Shown here: one piece after another, positions 43,903 to 55,898 of the stretch
Position numbering within the stretch: position 1 is the first letter of the stretch
Layout of the letters: each line of letters begins with the position of its first letter
Assembly: GCA_963729045.1 (NCBI GenBank)
Contig: CAVSMN010000011.1
Coordinates: forward strand, 128,001-192,000
Direction: 5' to 3'
Length of the DNA: 64,000 nucleotides
Source of the DNA: an uncultured Nitrososphaeraceae archaeon
Lineage (GTDB): Archaea > Thermoproteota > Nitrososphaeria > Nitrososphaerales > Nitrososphaeraceae
The notes under the pieces: model-generated
Told to the model about the DNA's origin: nothing
What the model saw: the letters and a program-made list of their open reading frames with translations, nothing else
The model's database searches: none
Position numbers and translations under genes: made by a program

Positions 43903-44340
43903 CTACGCTCGTAGAGTACGTATAGATTGTTGAAGCTTGTACAATCCCACAACGGACAGTGCAATCACTACAATCTGCATAATTTTTGAAATCACGTCTA
44001 GTTTTCCTACATAGTATTCTACACCTACTATTGGTACACCTATTGTTCTTGATGCAATATACGTCAAAATCAAAGCTAATGAAACAACTATAGCTGCTAT
44101 GTATGGTGATTTTTTTATAAATCTGGTTTTAATTAACCATAAGATAATTCCAAAATAGATCAGACCCGAAGTAATGAATAGTGTAATTTCAACCTGTTTT
44201 TCAGTAGTTTCATCTTGAATACCAAAGTTTAGTAATTCTATCCAATCAGCATATTCACCATATGCAACAATGAAATAAACTATTCCTGTGGCTGCCATGA
44301 GACCACATAAAGCATAAACTATTATCAAATTTTTATTCAT
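43903..44340 (-). CDS. 4-TM membrane protein
   Basis: Hydrophobic segments, YIASRTIGVP and DVISKI. Confidence 0.7.
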   Translation of the reverse strand: MNKNLIIVYALCGLMAATGIVYFIVAYGEYADWIELLNFGIQDETTEKQVEITLFITSGLIYFGIILWLIKTRFIKKSPYIAAIVVSLALILTYIASRTIGVPIVGVEYYVGKLDVISKIMQIVVIALSVVGLYKLQQSIRTLRA

Positions 44341-44387
44341 TTATATCACAAATAACTTTCTGTTAGTACCAAACAAAAAATATGAAT

Positions 44388-44759
44388 TTAGGCTAAACCT
44401 TTCTTTGCTTCTTCAGCATGTGTTAATGCTCCATTTGTGTCACCATCTTTTAGAGCTTTGAGAGAAGCCTCGATGTGTTTTTCAGCACCACTTAGATTTG
44501 GTTTGTCTTCTAGGCTAAATTCAGCTTGCAATAATGATTTTTTTGCGCCCTCATTGTCACCGCTCTTTATCATTGAAATACTTGAGTCAATTGATTTTAT
44601 TATCTCGCCATTTGTACCATCAGTGGTACTCGTTTGATTTGTAGCGGTTGTGTTGGTTTGCCCGAAAGATGTAACGCTATTTGAAATTAGAAGTAACGGT
44701 ACTATGGCTAGAACAGAAAATAAGACCGCTTTCCCATAATTTTGTGACATACTATTCAT
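44388..44759 (-). CDS. exported helical protein
   Basis: Signal peptide, Thr/Asn linker, two GD...A helical repeats. Confidence 0.65.
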   Translation of the reverse strand: MNSMSQNYGKAVLFSVLAIVPLLLISNSVTSFGQTNTTATNQTSTTDGTNGEIIKSIDSSISMIKSGDNEGAKKSLLQAEFSLEDKPNLSGAEKHIEASLKALKDGDTNGALTHAEEAKKGLA

Positions 44760-44855
44760 TTAGGAATAATTTTATTTCTAGAAATAATAAACTACTTATC
44801 ATTCCCATCCTTTGAGAATGGTCAAGAAGTATAATTAGAAGTAGATGAACAAGTA

Positions 44856-45203
44856 TTAATTGTGTCTGAATCCCTGCCATAACCGAACTATTTTATCTTG
44901 GTGCTCTTTATTTTTGATCTTGTAAGTAATTCTATTGTTTTTAAAGTTTATTTGAATCTCATCAATCCAAGATGTATAGAAGGATTCATCGGTTCCATCC
45001 ATTTTACGAATAATTTTTGTTTTTTTTATTATCTTTAGTTGTTCTAATTTGTTAACTTTTCTATATGTCGAAGAGACAGGTAAACCTAAGTTAGATGCTA
45101 TTTGTTGAATGCTGTATTCTTTTCCATCAAGTAGTTTCAAAATAGTTAGACTGGTGTTATCGGTCAAAAAGGATAGGATATCTTCTGGTGATGGAGCGCT
45201 CAA
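44856..45203 (-). CDS. ArsR-like winged-HTH regulator
   Basis: ILSFLTD..SLTIL, SIQQIA...LPVSSTYRKVNKLE. Confidence 0.82.
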   Translation of the reverse strand: MSAPSPEDILSFLTDNTSLTILKLLDGKEYSIQQIASNLGLPVSSTYRKVNKLEQLKIIKKTKIIRKMDGTDESFYTSWIDEIQINFKNNRITYKIKNKEHQDKIVRLWQGFRHN

Positions 45204-45457
45204 CTCTTCAACACGGCAATTATTACTAATACAAACCCAAATATTTCTACTATTTCTTCAATCAGCTCCTTACTTTTTTCATCTGCAAAAGCTAATGAGT
45301 CGCCAATTATTGTATCTCCTATTGTTATTAGTAAGAAGCCTGCTGCAAGGTAGATCATTGGGACATATCTGCTCCTTTTATAAGCCCTAATGGCAAAATA
45401 AACGAGTATGAACCCTAGTATTACATGAATCAATATAACTAGATTCATTATTTCCAT
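45200..45457 (-). CDS. small 3-TM membrane protein coupled to the wHTH gene
   Basis: YFAIRAYKRS...MIYLAAGFLLITIG...EIFGF; 4-nt overlap with the wHTH gene. Confidence 0.75.
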   Translation of the reverse strand: MEIMNLVILIHVILGFILVYFAIRAYKRSRYVPMIYLAAGFLLITIGDTIIGDSLAFADEKSKELIEEIVEIFGFVLVIIAVLKS

Positions 45458-45959
45458 GGCTTTACTTGATAGATGGAAATGCGATTATGATTTAAATGTT
45501 ATATCTAAAAAATGGCCAGTCTTTCATTAAAGGGGTTATCACAAACATCCCTACAATGATCAGTAATGCCTACAATTTTATTGCTAGCGTAATTCCATGA
45601 AATTTTATTATCGATTTTGTAAGAAATTTCTCTCTTTCGTGTTACAATAGTAATGATATATTCGATGTCAATTTTATAATACTCTAGAGCCACTAGGATT
45701 GAGTCAAGTGTTGGAAATTGAAAATTATGATTTTTGCATCCAGAAAGGCACAATTTACTTCTCTGGATCCAAGCATCAAGCCTAAATGATGCAAATAATT
45801 TTCCTTATTATTAGTATTAAGGATTATGTCATAAACGCCTTGTTTTCTATGTAGGAGTTAAGGGTAATACAGGGAATAGAGAATATATAGGTCTAAAAGA
45901 TGGTGGCATTCAAATTGGTTTTGGATACGGGAACCTAAATGTCAATAGGAAACGAAGGA

Positions 45960-46130
45960 GTGTAATATTTGGTAAATAAGAAAGCCTAGTTAGATTTATC
46001 GATTGGACATCAATATCCATGTCATTTAGAAGTATTAATAGGATATTCGTTTATTTTGCAAGCTCATGCTTTTTCGATTGCTCTATCAGAAGTTTCGGTT
46101 CCATCATCTGTCACTATTATGATAGATATG
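45960..46130 (-). pseudogene. universal stress protein N-terminal remnant
   Basis: Minus strand reads IIIVTDDGTETSDRAIEKA, then ELAK in a shifted frame. Confidence 0.35.
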
Positions 46131-46388
46131 ATATTGTGTGTATTGTGATTGGGATTTAATAATAATATTTGTTCATAAATACCGATATTGAATGAGCAAA
46201 CGTCTGATCCAATTGATTGATTTCATTACATGAAACATCCCTAATCTGGAAAGATGTTGTAATAAACTTTGATTAAAGGTTTTAAAGGATATCTAAAAAA
46301 ATCAGAGATTAAAAACATACTTATTTACTACCTTTATTCTGGATAAATCTATAAAATATTTAGAAACTTGTAAATCTTAAATCCAAGT

Positions 46389-46580
46389 ATGAAGTCAATA
46401 ATGAAGATTGACTATTATTCGGTATTTGAAGCATACAAAGCTCAACGGTTACTTGAGCAGTTAGATGGTAAACCTAGAATCAGGGACCATGTTTATGGGA
46501 AATTGCAATTTAATATTACCAGAGATGAGTACCATTACTTGAAGCTGCGCGGAATTGGCTTTATGATTTTAGAGCCCTAA
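46389..46580 (+). CDS. small hypothetical protein
   Basis: 63-aa ORF with ATG start. Confidence 0.4.
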   Translation: MKSIMKIDYYSVFEAYKAQRLLEQLDGKPRIRDHVYGKLQFNITRDEYHYLKLRGIGFMILEP

Positions 46581-46928
46581 CGATGAATTTTTCAGCATTC
46601 CAGTAACGAAAAAGTGTTCGAAGCAAAAGGAAGATAAAATTAGTTGTCATTGAATAATAACCATAGATCCGATAAAGCAAATAAATCCAAAAGGACAAAT
46701 TCCTATAAAATGCCCAATTCTTTCAGGATATATACAGTAGTCTTAGCTAGCAATATGCTAAATGAATAATTTTTGCAGTTTTCGTTGAAGAGGTCATGGA
46801 AATAGGTTCATTCAGCGTGATCTTAATTCTTTCTGAGCGAATGATATACAAGTGTTTTCGAAATTCCTATATTGATAAACATATATTCTTTTCAAACTAC
46901 GGATGTAACAAATAGTATATGATATTTG

Positions 46929-47625
46929 TTATTCATTCAAACTTTTTCTATATATCCATGCAATCATTGCCGTACCCACAAATGTTGCAGTCCAGTATAA
47001 CCACAGATCAGTCCATACTCCAGATAACAATGCGGGAGCTAATGAACGAGCAGGATTCATTGACGCTCCAGAAATAAAAGCAAAAAACAAGATATCTAAT
47101 CCAACAATACCTCCAATTAGCTATGCCTCCAAATCCCTTCAAACCTTTTGTATAAACTACAGTCAATATTACCGCCATCAAAAGAGCTGATGCCAAAACT
47201 TCGACTCCAAAAATTAATGGTAAAGGATATGAATAATTTGGCGCATTAGCTCCTAAGTTTGCCTCTTTGCCAATTATAATACTTACAAAAAGACTTGCTA
47301 GAAAAGCACCAAGAATCTCAGCTAAAATATACAGCCCGATTAGATTTCTTGTGATGTGCTTTGTTATCAAAAATCCAACTGATACTGCAGGATTAAAATG
47401 AGCCATGGAGATTTTTCCAAATAGATAAACCCCTATTACAACACCCACAAAAGGAGCAAATGCAATGAAGGGTAAGCCAAGAACTCCATTTAGTTTAGCA
47501 TCAATAACTACTGAACCAGTTGCTAAAACAACAACAATAAAAGTTCCCATGAGTTCTGCGATAAACTTTTTTTGATTAGCAGAAAGTTTGTCAACTACAG
47601 ATTCGAAAGTAGATTCCTTTGACAT
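46929..47625 (-). CDS. MIP/aquaporin-family channel, probable arsenite channel (frameshift near 47118)
   Basis: AELMGTF, SMAHFNPAVS; second motif SGASMNPARS in the shifted frame, ending at TAA 46929-46931. Confidence 0.88.
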
Positions 47626-47680
47626 GATTATTCAACTGTTACTTAGATATCACTTTAACTGAACTAAATATAGAGTCATT

Positions 47681-48133
47681 TTAAATTGGAATTTTATTGT
47701 CTTTGGTAGACTCAATTATTTCCAATACTCTTTTTTCAATTTCATCTCTTATTTGTCTCACTTTTTCTATTGGTTTGTCTTTTGGATCTTCAATACCCCA
47801 GTCTATAACTTTTGGTATAAATAATGCAGGACAGTATTTATCGTCCATACAACCCATATTGACTATAGTTGTTGCATTTCGCATCATATCTTCTGTCAAA
47901 TCTTTAGGCTTTTGATTGCTGATGTCTATTCCAACTTCTTTCATGACCTCTACTGCAATAGGATTAATCTGAGAAGTAGGAACTGTACCGGCACTAGTAC
48001 TTTCACAGCCGTTAGGAGCATATTTTCTAAAGAAGCCTTCTGCCATCTGACTTCTTCCCGCATTTTGGACACATACAAAGAGGATAGTTTTTTTCGTATC
48101 ATCAGAGGACTTTTTACCAAATGGAAATTTCAT
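47681..48133 (-). CDS. arsC: thioredoxin-dependent arsenate reductase (LMW-PTP fold)
   Basis: CVQNAGRSQMAEG, MGC.....CP, DWGIEDP. Confidence 0.9.
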   Translation of the reverse strand: MKFPFGKKSSDDTKKTILFVCVQNAGRSQMAEGFFRKYAPNGCESTSAGTVPTSQINPIAVEVMKEVGIDISNQKPKDLTEDMMRNATTIVNMGCMDDKYCPALFIPKVIDWGIEDPKDKPIEKVRQIRDEIEKRVLEIIESTKDNKIPI

Positions 48134-48159
48134 CTAAATCACTTCTCTTGCTAACCGTC

Positions 48160-48966
48160 TTACTTTTTAACAGCCTTAATGGAGATACTAGTAATTTGTC
48201 TTTTTTCTTGATTTTCTTGGTCTTTGTCTTCATCTAATTCCATATATAGTTTCTCATCTAGTATCTCAATGTTGGTAAATCCAGCCTTTCTTATACTATC
48301 AATGTAGTTTTCTTTTGTTAAAGCACCATCAATACAACTGCACCAATTTTCCGTATTAACAGAATCTACATCTATTTCCTTAGATGTAACCAGATCAGAT
48401 ATAACCATTCTTCCGCCCCCATTTGGTTTTAGAATTCGGTAAATCTCTTTGAATGTGTCTAGTTTGTTTGACGTCAGGTTGATAACACAATTACTTATAA
48501 CCACATCAACAGAGTCGTCTTCGACAGGTATTTTTTCTTCAATATCTCCTTGTCTAAATTCAACATTTTTGTATCCATGTTTTTCAGCATTTTCTCTTGC
48601 TTTGTTGAGCATATTTTCTGTCATGTCAATTCCAATGACCTTTCCACTTTCTTTTACAATATTGGCGGCCAAAAATACATCAATACCTGCTCCAGAGCCC
48701 AAATCAACAACGATATTTCCTTCTTTTATGTCAGCAAATCTTGTGGGATTTCCACATCCTACTCCCAATATTGATGATTCGGGAATAGACTTTAATTTGT
48801 CAGAATCATATCCAATTACTTTTGATGAAGTAAAAGGAGAAATAATAACATCTCTTGGACTACAACAATCAGAAGAAGGCATACAACAAGAATTAGAATT
48901 TCCGTCTAGTGCAATCTTTCCATATTGTTCTTTAATCTTTTCCTTTAATTGTAATTGTTTATCCAT
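48160..48966 (-). CDS. arsM: arsenite S-adenosylmethionine methyltransferase
   Basis: N-terminal CC pairs, GVGCGNP, DLGSGAGID, ISNCVINL, WCSCIDGA. Confidence 0.9.
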   Translation of the reverse strand: MDKQLQLKEKIKEQYGKIALDGNSNSCCMPSSDCCSPRDVIISPFTSSKVIGYDSDKLKSIPESSILGVGCGNPTRFADIKEGNIVVDLGSGAGIDVFLAANIVKESGKVIGIDMTENMLNKARENAEKHGYKNVEFRQGDIEEKIPVEDDSVDVVISNCVINLTSNKLDTFKEIYRILKPNGGGRMVISDLVTSKEIDVDSVNTENWCSCIDGALTKENYIDSIRKAGFTNIEILDEKLYMELDEDKDQENQEKRQITSISIKAVKK

Positions 48967-49023
48967 AGATATAGGTTTACAAAAGAAACTATTTAAATTG
49001 GTAAGAGTAAAATGGTAAAGTAA

Positions 49024-49443
49024 GTGAAGTCAAGGAAACTAAAGGAAGACGTCATAAGAAAGACTTTGAAATCAAGTAAGCTGCCCATACTCGAGGAAAA
49101 TAATTCTTGTAATTTCTATGGTTATGATGTGGAAAATCTAATGAAAGAAACATCTGAATTAAGAAAGATAATTACTAAGAGAGGAACGCTAGAAATATTG
49201 ATTCCCCTTTGCTGTTCTACTGACCCAGTCAGATACTTAACATTTAGAAAGTCAATGAAAGGTTTCAGCAGTAAGACTCTCACAATACGATTAAAGGAAT
49301 TAGAAAAAAGTGGTATTTTGAACAGACAATCCTTTAATGAGATTCCCCCACGAGTGGAATATAGGCTTATTCCTAAAGGTCAAGAACTTACGGAATCAAT
49401 CATTAACTTGTTACAATGGATGAGGAAATGGTCTGGTAAATGA
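49024..49443 (+). CDS. HxlR-family winged-HTH regulator, divergent from arsM
   Basis: SKTLTIRLKELE..G..R..FNEIPPRVEYRL..KG; carries a CC pair and a third Cys. Confidence 0.85.
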   Translation: MKSRKLKEDVIRKTLKSSKLPILEENNSCNFYGYDVENLMKETSELRKIITKRGTLEILIPLCCSTDPVRYLTFRKSMKGFSSKTLTIRLKELEKSGILNRQSFNEIPPRVEYRLIPKGQELTESIINLLQWMRKWSGK

Positions 49444-49509
49444 CTATTTCATAGTTTACTACTCGGCAACATTAGGTGACAACTTTGATAAGGCTAAAGT
49501 ATATTTTGT

Positions 49510-49700
49510 ATTAATTATTTTTCTTCTTTTGCGTGGTAGTGTAAGATAGGTGCAGCTTATCTGATATGGTTAAGGTTAAAAGAAAGCAACAATTGGACAT
49601 TTGGAACTTTTGGTAAATTTGCATTACTCATTTATGGAGTAGTCCCCACTTTCCAAGAACCTCACTTTTATAAGACATATGTAACGGACAATAATGTACA
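49510..49700 (+). pseudogene. YnfA (UPF0060) family remnant
   Basis: From 49546 reads IGAAYLIWLRLKESNNWTFGTFGKFALLIYGVVPTFQEPHF, resembling the YnfA core; no intact start or C-terminal half. Confidence 0.55.
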
Positions 49701-50137
49701 CTTTAAAACGACTTGTGTATCGGTTATAGTGTTTACATACTGTTGGTAATATGGAAAGCAATAATTACAAAGCAAGATAATCCATCTTCATATGATTTAT
49801 TATTGTCTTATATAATCCCAAATGATACTTTCAAACAATACTAGAAAAATTGGTATTTTAGGATTATTCTGGATAGTCTTTCCCATATTGATTCATTTTT
49901 AGAAGTCGAATAACGTGATTGTCAGATTTATCTTTTTTCACTAAATATTAAGAGTCAAATCTAGCAATAAGATAATATCCTAATTTGTACGATCTCAAAC
50001 TCAATTGTCTGCCATGACAACAATAATAAATTATCTTAATTACTGCCTATAGAATGGCCTTTAGATAATTACATGATTTTATATAATAACGAATTCCTAA
50101 AAGCCAGTCTTTCAAGTTGATTGAATAATTTATTAGA

Positions 50138-51665
50138 ATGATAAATCTCATTAACTTGATGTTCAGAATCGAAACAAGGAAACTTTTATCTGGTCTTGTT
50201 TACTCTTTTTCTTTATTTGGATTTGTTATTCTATTAATAAATAATATATCTCCGACTACTGAATCATATGGTGTTGGTTTAGTTGATGAGTTTTCTATTA
50301 TTGATAATAACACTGCTACCAATTTAGTAGATTTATCTCTCGTAGATAACCATTTTACTGGAGAATATTATGACAAATTTCCCAATTCTACAATTCAAGG
50401 TGAAGACCTTGGCGACAAATTTCAACCAGACAAGCTTTACACACTTATTGCAGAAAATATCAACATAGAGATAGCTCCAAACAAGAAAGTATTAGCATGG
50501 ACGTTAAATGGAACTATGCCTGGTCCAACGATAAGAATGACCGAAGGCGAAAATATTACTGTAAAATTTGTGAATAAATCTCCTATACCTCATACTTTAC
50601 ACTTTCATGGTTATCATGATGAACCCAATGACGGGATAGCTCCCTATGATCATGCCCGGTCAAACTTATTTATATAATATTACAGGCAGCCCCGCTGGTG
50701 TTTTATTGTATTATTGTCATGTAGTACCAACATCACAACACATCAAAATGGGTATGTATGGTGCCTTGATAATAGATCCAAAAAATAAAACAACTCTGCC
50801 GCAAGCCCAAGAGTTTGTGTTGGTAATGAGTGAGTTTAACATAAAAAATCCTCTAGCATTTTTAGCAGATTATTACTTGATTAATGGCTATGCTGATCAG
50901 TATATGCATTTCCCTATTAAAGCAAATCAAAACGATACGATTAGACTTTATGTGATAAATGCAGGAGTCAATTTACCTTATTCGCTTCATGTGCATGGAA
51001 CAATTTTTAAAGCATACCCATCTGGTCTATTTGCAAATACTCCAATTGAATCTCAATCCGTATTAATAGGGCCAGGTGATGCATCCATAATAGAGGCAAA
51101 GTGGAAGTATCCTGGTACATACTTATTTCATAGTCATGGTTTGCAACAAGAACAGGGTAGCAAAGGCATGATAGAAATATCTCCCATGGATTTGAATGGA
51201 ACTACATTACAGAAACCTCTAAATGAATCAGTTTCGTTATTTAACAATCAATATAAACTACAAACAGAACTTCAAAATCCAAAGACGTCTTTTATAACTG
51301 AAACTGATATCAATAAAACTCAAAATTATCAAGATTCCTTTAACATAGATAATATTTTGAAACGTAACTCAAACAATATCGTAAACGTGTCCATAATACT
51401 CAATGCAGGTCTTCCTAATAACGATAATTTTTACTCTCCCTCTACTATCAAAGTACACAAGGGTCAAGAGGTAAAATGGACTAATAATGATAAACTCATT
51501 CACTCAGTAACATCTGGCGATCCATCAACAGGTAGTAATGGATTATTTGATTCGGGTGTAATGGCAAGTACTGAAGTTTTTTCTACCGTGTTCTTAGATA
51601 AAGGAGTATTTAATTACTATTGTATCTACCATCCATGGATGTCTGGAAAGGTAATAGTAGAATAA
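50138..51665 (+). CDS. two-domain multicopper oxidase with C-terminal cupredoxin (frameshift near 50643)
   Basis: NGTMPGP, HTLHFHG, YCHVVPTSQHIKMGMYG, LHVHG, FHSHG; tail HSVTSG..YYCIYHPWM. Confidence 0.87.
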
Positions 51666-51862
51666 TCATTTAAAGTTCAAAAATCAAGTGAATTAAATAC
51701 TTGAAATGATTTTATCCAAATAAAATTATTTTATAATAATCATAATACCACTAATAGTTAATTTTTATTTGACAACAAAATAAATTAATATTTGATTTCA
51801 TTTTAGGAGTTGAATATTCATGATAATATTTATGAAATACCATATACCACTGTGATAGGTAC

Positions 51863-53501
51863 ATGTTTCCAAAAGCTGATGATGTTTCGATTTTAGAATG
51901 TGTGAAGGACAATGACATTGTAGCAATCTCAGGATTTAACATGGCTACTACTCCCGAATTTTTGATCAATGGACTTTATAAAAGATATCAAAGAGATGGT
52001 CATCCCAAAAATATATTTATAATATCGGACGCTTTGCCAGCAGTTCCAGGCAAAGCTTTAGACTATGTTGCAGAAAATTTATACAAAGATCCCAATCAGG
52101 ATTTCCTAAGAGGTTCTTTGATGCCTTTTTTAGGATTTTCTCCTTGGCTGCAGAAGCTAGTTATAGACAACAGGATTGAGTGTTATGGTTGGCCAATCGG
52201 AATCACGGCCTATTGGTTTAGAGAGATAGCCTCTGGAAGACCAGGACTATTAACTAAAATAGGTTTGAATACATTTTTAGATCCAAGAAATGATGATGCC
52301 GCCCTTAATGAATTGGGCAAAAGTAATCTATCATGCAAGATTGAATTATTAAGTATTGACAACGAAGACTATCTTTTATATAAAGCACCAAAACCAAATT
52401 GTGCTATAATAAGAACTTCCATTGCTGATGAAATGGGTAATTTGTCAACGCAAGAGGAAGGAATCAGAGGAACTGTTCTTAGTATTGCCCAGGCTACCAA
52501 AGCAAGACCCAATCAAGGAAAAGTAATCTCACAAGTACGCTGGATAACAAAAGCAGGGACGATAAATCCCAGACATGTTGATGTACCTTTTCCACTTGTT
52601 GATCACATTGTAATTTCTCCAATAGAATACCACTGGCAAACAGGATCGATTCCATACGATCCAAGGCTATCCAATCAAATTGTTTCTCCTATGCATAATA
52701 ATTTAGACTGCTAGTATTCCTCTAGAGCAACCAAAGGAATATGAAAGAGTAATTGCTAGAAGGGTGGCGCTTGAGTTCATTAATCTCTTTACCAAAAAAC
52801 AGGCCCCTGTATTAGTGAATTTAGGAATTGGGATTCCTGCGTTAATTTCATCAGTTGCTGCCGAAGAAAACATTATGAATGTTATAATAACAGTTATTGA
52901 ATCTGGACCATGGGGAGGAGTTGCCTTATCAGGAAATGACTTTGGATTAGCCATGGGGGCATTTGCTCTCTCCACCATGCCAGACATGTTTTCTAACTTT
53001 GAGGGTGGAATCATTGATGCAGCATCTCTAGGTTTTTTACAAATTGATAGATTTGGAAATGTAAATCCCTCGATGCTTCCTAATCGATTATTTGGAACCG
53101 GTGGATTCCCCGTTATTGCAGGAGGAGTATCCAAGATTTATTTTGCAGGATCATTTATGGGAGGAAAAAACATTATCGATGTAAAAGAAAACGGAATCAA
53201 AATACTACAAGATGGACCAATTACAAAGTTTGTTCAAGATGTTTATAAAATTTCGTTTCAGTTCATATCAAGCATCTAAATATGGACAAGAGATTATGTA
53301 TGTTACAGAAAGAGCTGTATTCAAGCTCAGTGGGACCGAATTAGTTTTGGTAGAAACTGCACCGGGTAGTTGACATTGACAAAGATATTTTAGAGAAAAT
53401 GGAATTTAAGCCACAAATGGCTCCAGAACATAAAAGAAATGGATAAAAGACTTTTCAGCAAATCAGCAATGAACATAAAAAGAGATTTAGAAATTTTCTA
53501 A
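51863..53501 (+). CDS. acyl-CoA:acetate CoA-transferase, Pct/YdiF family (several frameshifts)
   Basis: GRPGLLTKIGLNTFLDPR, VNLGIGIP, catalytic IESG, LGFLQID..GNVN, GGF, YVTERAVF; ends at TAA 53499-53501. Confidence 0.85.
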
Positions 53502-53582
53502 AAATATATTACTAATAAAGATGAACTAATCGTTTTTAGTCAATATAGCTAGTTAGATTATGGATAAACAATATTTTTTATA

Positions 53583-54102
53583 TCAAGGCACGATTAAAAC
53601 TGGACATGTAGAGATTTCCGTATATTTCTAGTAACGCTACCAAGTGCTTTATTTTTTGAAACCCCTCCTAAACCTACACTTCCTAGAACAATAAGATCTA
53701 CCTTTTCGTCCTTTACAAATTTGATAATACTGTATGCAACATAACGACTGGAATGACTTCCTTTGAGAATTTTTGTTACTTATACGCACTCCAGAATTTC
53801 TCGTACTTTGTTTTGAGTTCTTCAAGATTCTTAATCCATTCTGATTCTATTATTTTATTAACTTGATTAGTATATTGATCCAATGAATATTTTTAACATC
53901 TTTAGTTGGTTTGATCGGGGTCATAATTCCAGGCTGATGAATGTATAGTTGGTAACACATTCAGAATTATTAACTCGTGATTATTTTTAACGTTATTCTT
54001 AGATGTATTTTCACTCACACCAAATCCGCTCAATAGGTTTATCGAATAATCTAATGCTTTGAGTGAATGTTCAGAACCGTCAACCAATGCTAAGAGTTTC
54101 AT
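53583..54102 (-). CDS. universal stress protein (frameshifted)
   Basis: MKLLALVDGSEHSLKALDY...KVDLIVLGSVGLGG...CPVLIVP. Confidence 0.8.
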
Positions 54103-54353
54103 ATGATATGAATTAAGATGCATGTTTATATCCTTGTTCTTAGAAGCTTCTTCGATACTACTTATCCAAATAATATTGAATTAAGAATATCTTGGACTCG
54201 TGGTGAACTTAGTATGTACTTGTTTGGATGTTCGTTAACCTTTAGTAGAAATTTTATTATCGAAAATTATTCTGAAAATTAATATAATGAAAATTATTGT
54301 ATGCACAATCCAAATTGTATTATATATAACCTAGAGAAGATATATGCATAATC

Positions 54354-55046
54354 TTGAAGTGGACGATAGAAGATTTTGTTTATGGCGCAACTGATGGAGC
54401 TGTTACCACATTTGCAATAGTTGCAGGTGTAGTGGGAGCATCATTGTCTCCTTCCATTGTTATAATTTTAGGATTTGCAAACCTTTTTGCCGATGGGTTT
54501 GCAATGGCCGTGGGTAATTATTTATCCACAAGATCAAGAATAGAGTATATAGAAAGAGAGCGAAATAGACAAAATAAAGAAGTTCAAGACCGACCTGAAT
54601 ACAAAATATCTGAAATAAAAAATATTTATGCAGAAAAGGGCTTTAAAGATGAATTATTAGAAAACCTGACCAAGATTATAGTTTCTAATAGAAAGATTTG
54701 GGTGGATGTTCTGATGAAAGAGAAAATTGGGATGTCAAATGTAGACGACGAGAATCCAATATTCAAAGCAATTACGACATTTATTGCTTTCAATATGGTT
54801 GGTGTAATCCCACTTCTTCCTTTTATCTTTCTATTTGTCATAAACAACCCTGCAGGTTTTACCACTAATGATATTTTTATTTATTCGATTATTTTTACAG
54901 CATTAGCTTTTTTTTGTATTGGCTTTATCACGGGAAGAGTTGTTAACAAATCCCCTATAAGATCGGGCCTTATCACATTAATAATAGGTGGCATTGCAGC
55001 ACTCGTTTCCTATATGGTAGGAACCTTCTTAAGCTTGTACATATAA
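54354..55046 (+). CDS. VIT1/CCC1 Fe/Mn transporter family
   Basis: [42 protein letters not shown]. Confidence 0.9.
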   Translation: MKWTIEDFVYGATDGAVTTFAIVAGVVGASLSPSIVIILGFANLFADGFAMAVGNYLSTRSRIEYIERERNRQNKEVQDRPEYKISEIKNIYAEKGFKDELLENLTKIIVSNRKIWVDVLMKEKIGMSNVDDENPIFKAITTFIAFNMVGVIPLLPFIFLFVINNPAGFTTNDIFIYSIIFTALAFFCIGFITGRVVNKSPIRSGLITLIIGGIAALVSYMVGTFLSLYI

Positions 55047-55259
55047 TAACCAGCAAATATTTGTACAAAAATAGCAATTAAGATACATTCAAGCGGTTTC
55101 TCATCCGGATTAAACAGAATAATACGCTTATTTCAAGTAATTATTTTTATCTTTTTATTTGTCTATCTCTCAAAAACAATCAGTAACTTTTGTTTTGTTA
55201 AGTAAAAGAGGATCTACGAACCGACTGGTAGATTTTTCAGTATATAATTATCCTCTTCT

Positions 55260-55774
55260 TTAATGTACTACTAATACAGGACGATTTGATATTTCTATCA
55301 GATTTCTTGATACACTGCCAAGGGCCTTTATTTTTGAAATACCTCCTAATCCAACATTCCCTACAACTATAAGATCTATTTGTTCTTCTGTTGAGAATTT
55401 TATGATGCTCTCAGCAATTGCCCTACTAGAATGACTTCCTTTAAGCACCTTAGTTCTTATTGAAATATCTGATTCTGCATATCTAGCCTTGATCTTTGAT
55501 AATTTATTTATCCATTCAGTCTCCATCATCTGATTCATTTCTTCGATGAATTGAGACAAAGAAACAACCTGATTAGTTTTAATAGATTTCATAGGTTTTT
55601 CAAATCCTAGCGGCATATGAAAATGAGGAAGTACATTTATCAGTATCAGTTCACCACCATACGCTTATTTTTTGATTGATCGGCATTAGGATTTGTAAGT
55701 TTGAGTAGATAAATTGCATATTCCAAAGCCTTTATGGAGGGATCCGATCCATCGATAGGAACTAAGATTTTCAT
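55260..55774 (-). CDS. universal stress protein (frameshift near 55650)
   Basis: MKILVPIDGSDPSIKALEYA...IDLIVVGNVGLGG...GSVSR...PVLVVH. Confidence 0.85.
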
Positions 55775-55898
55775 CAAGTCAAATTACTTATCATATGGTA
55801 TATCTTTGTTGATAGATATCGATGTTTAGTCTATAACCTCCAATTAGTTGCGTCAAATTAATTGGCTCAATAACCATCTCATATGATAAATATTTGAA

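Noticed and set aside
50138..51665. nirK nitrite reductase
   Set aside because: The HxHxHG and HxH motif set fits a two-domain multicopper oxidase better than NirK
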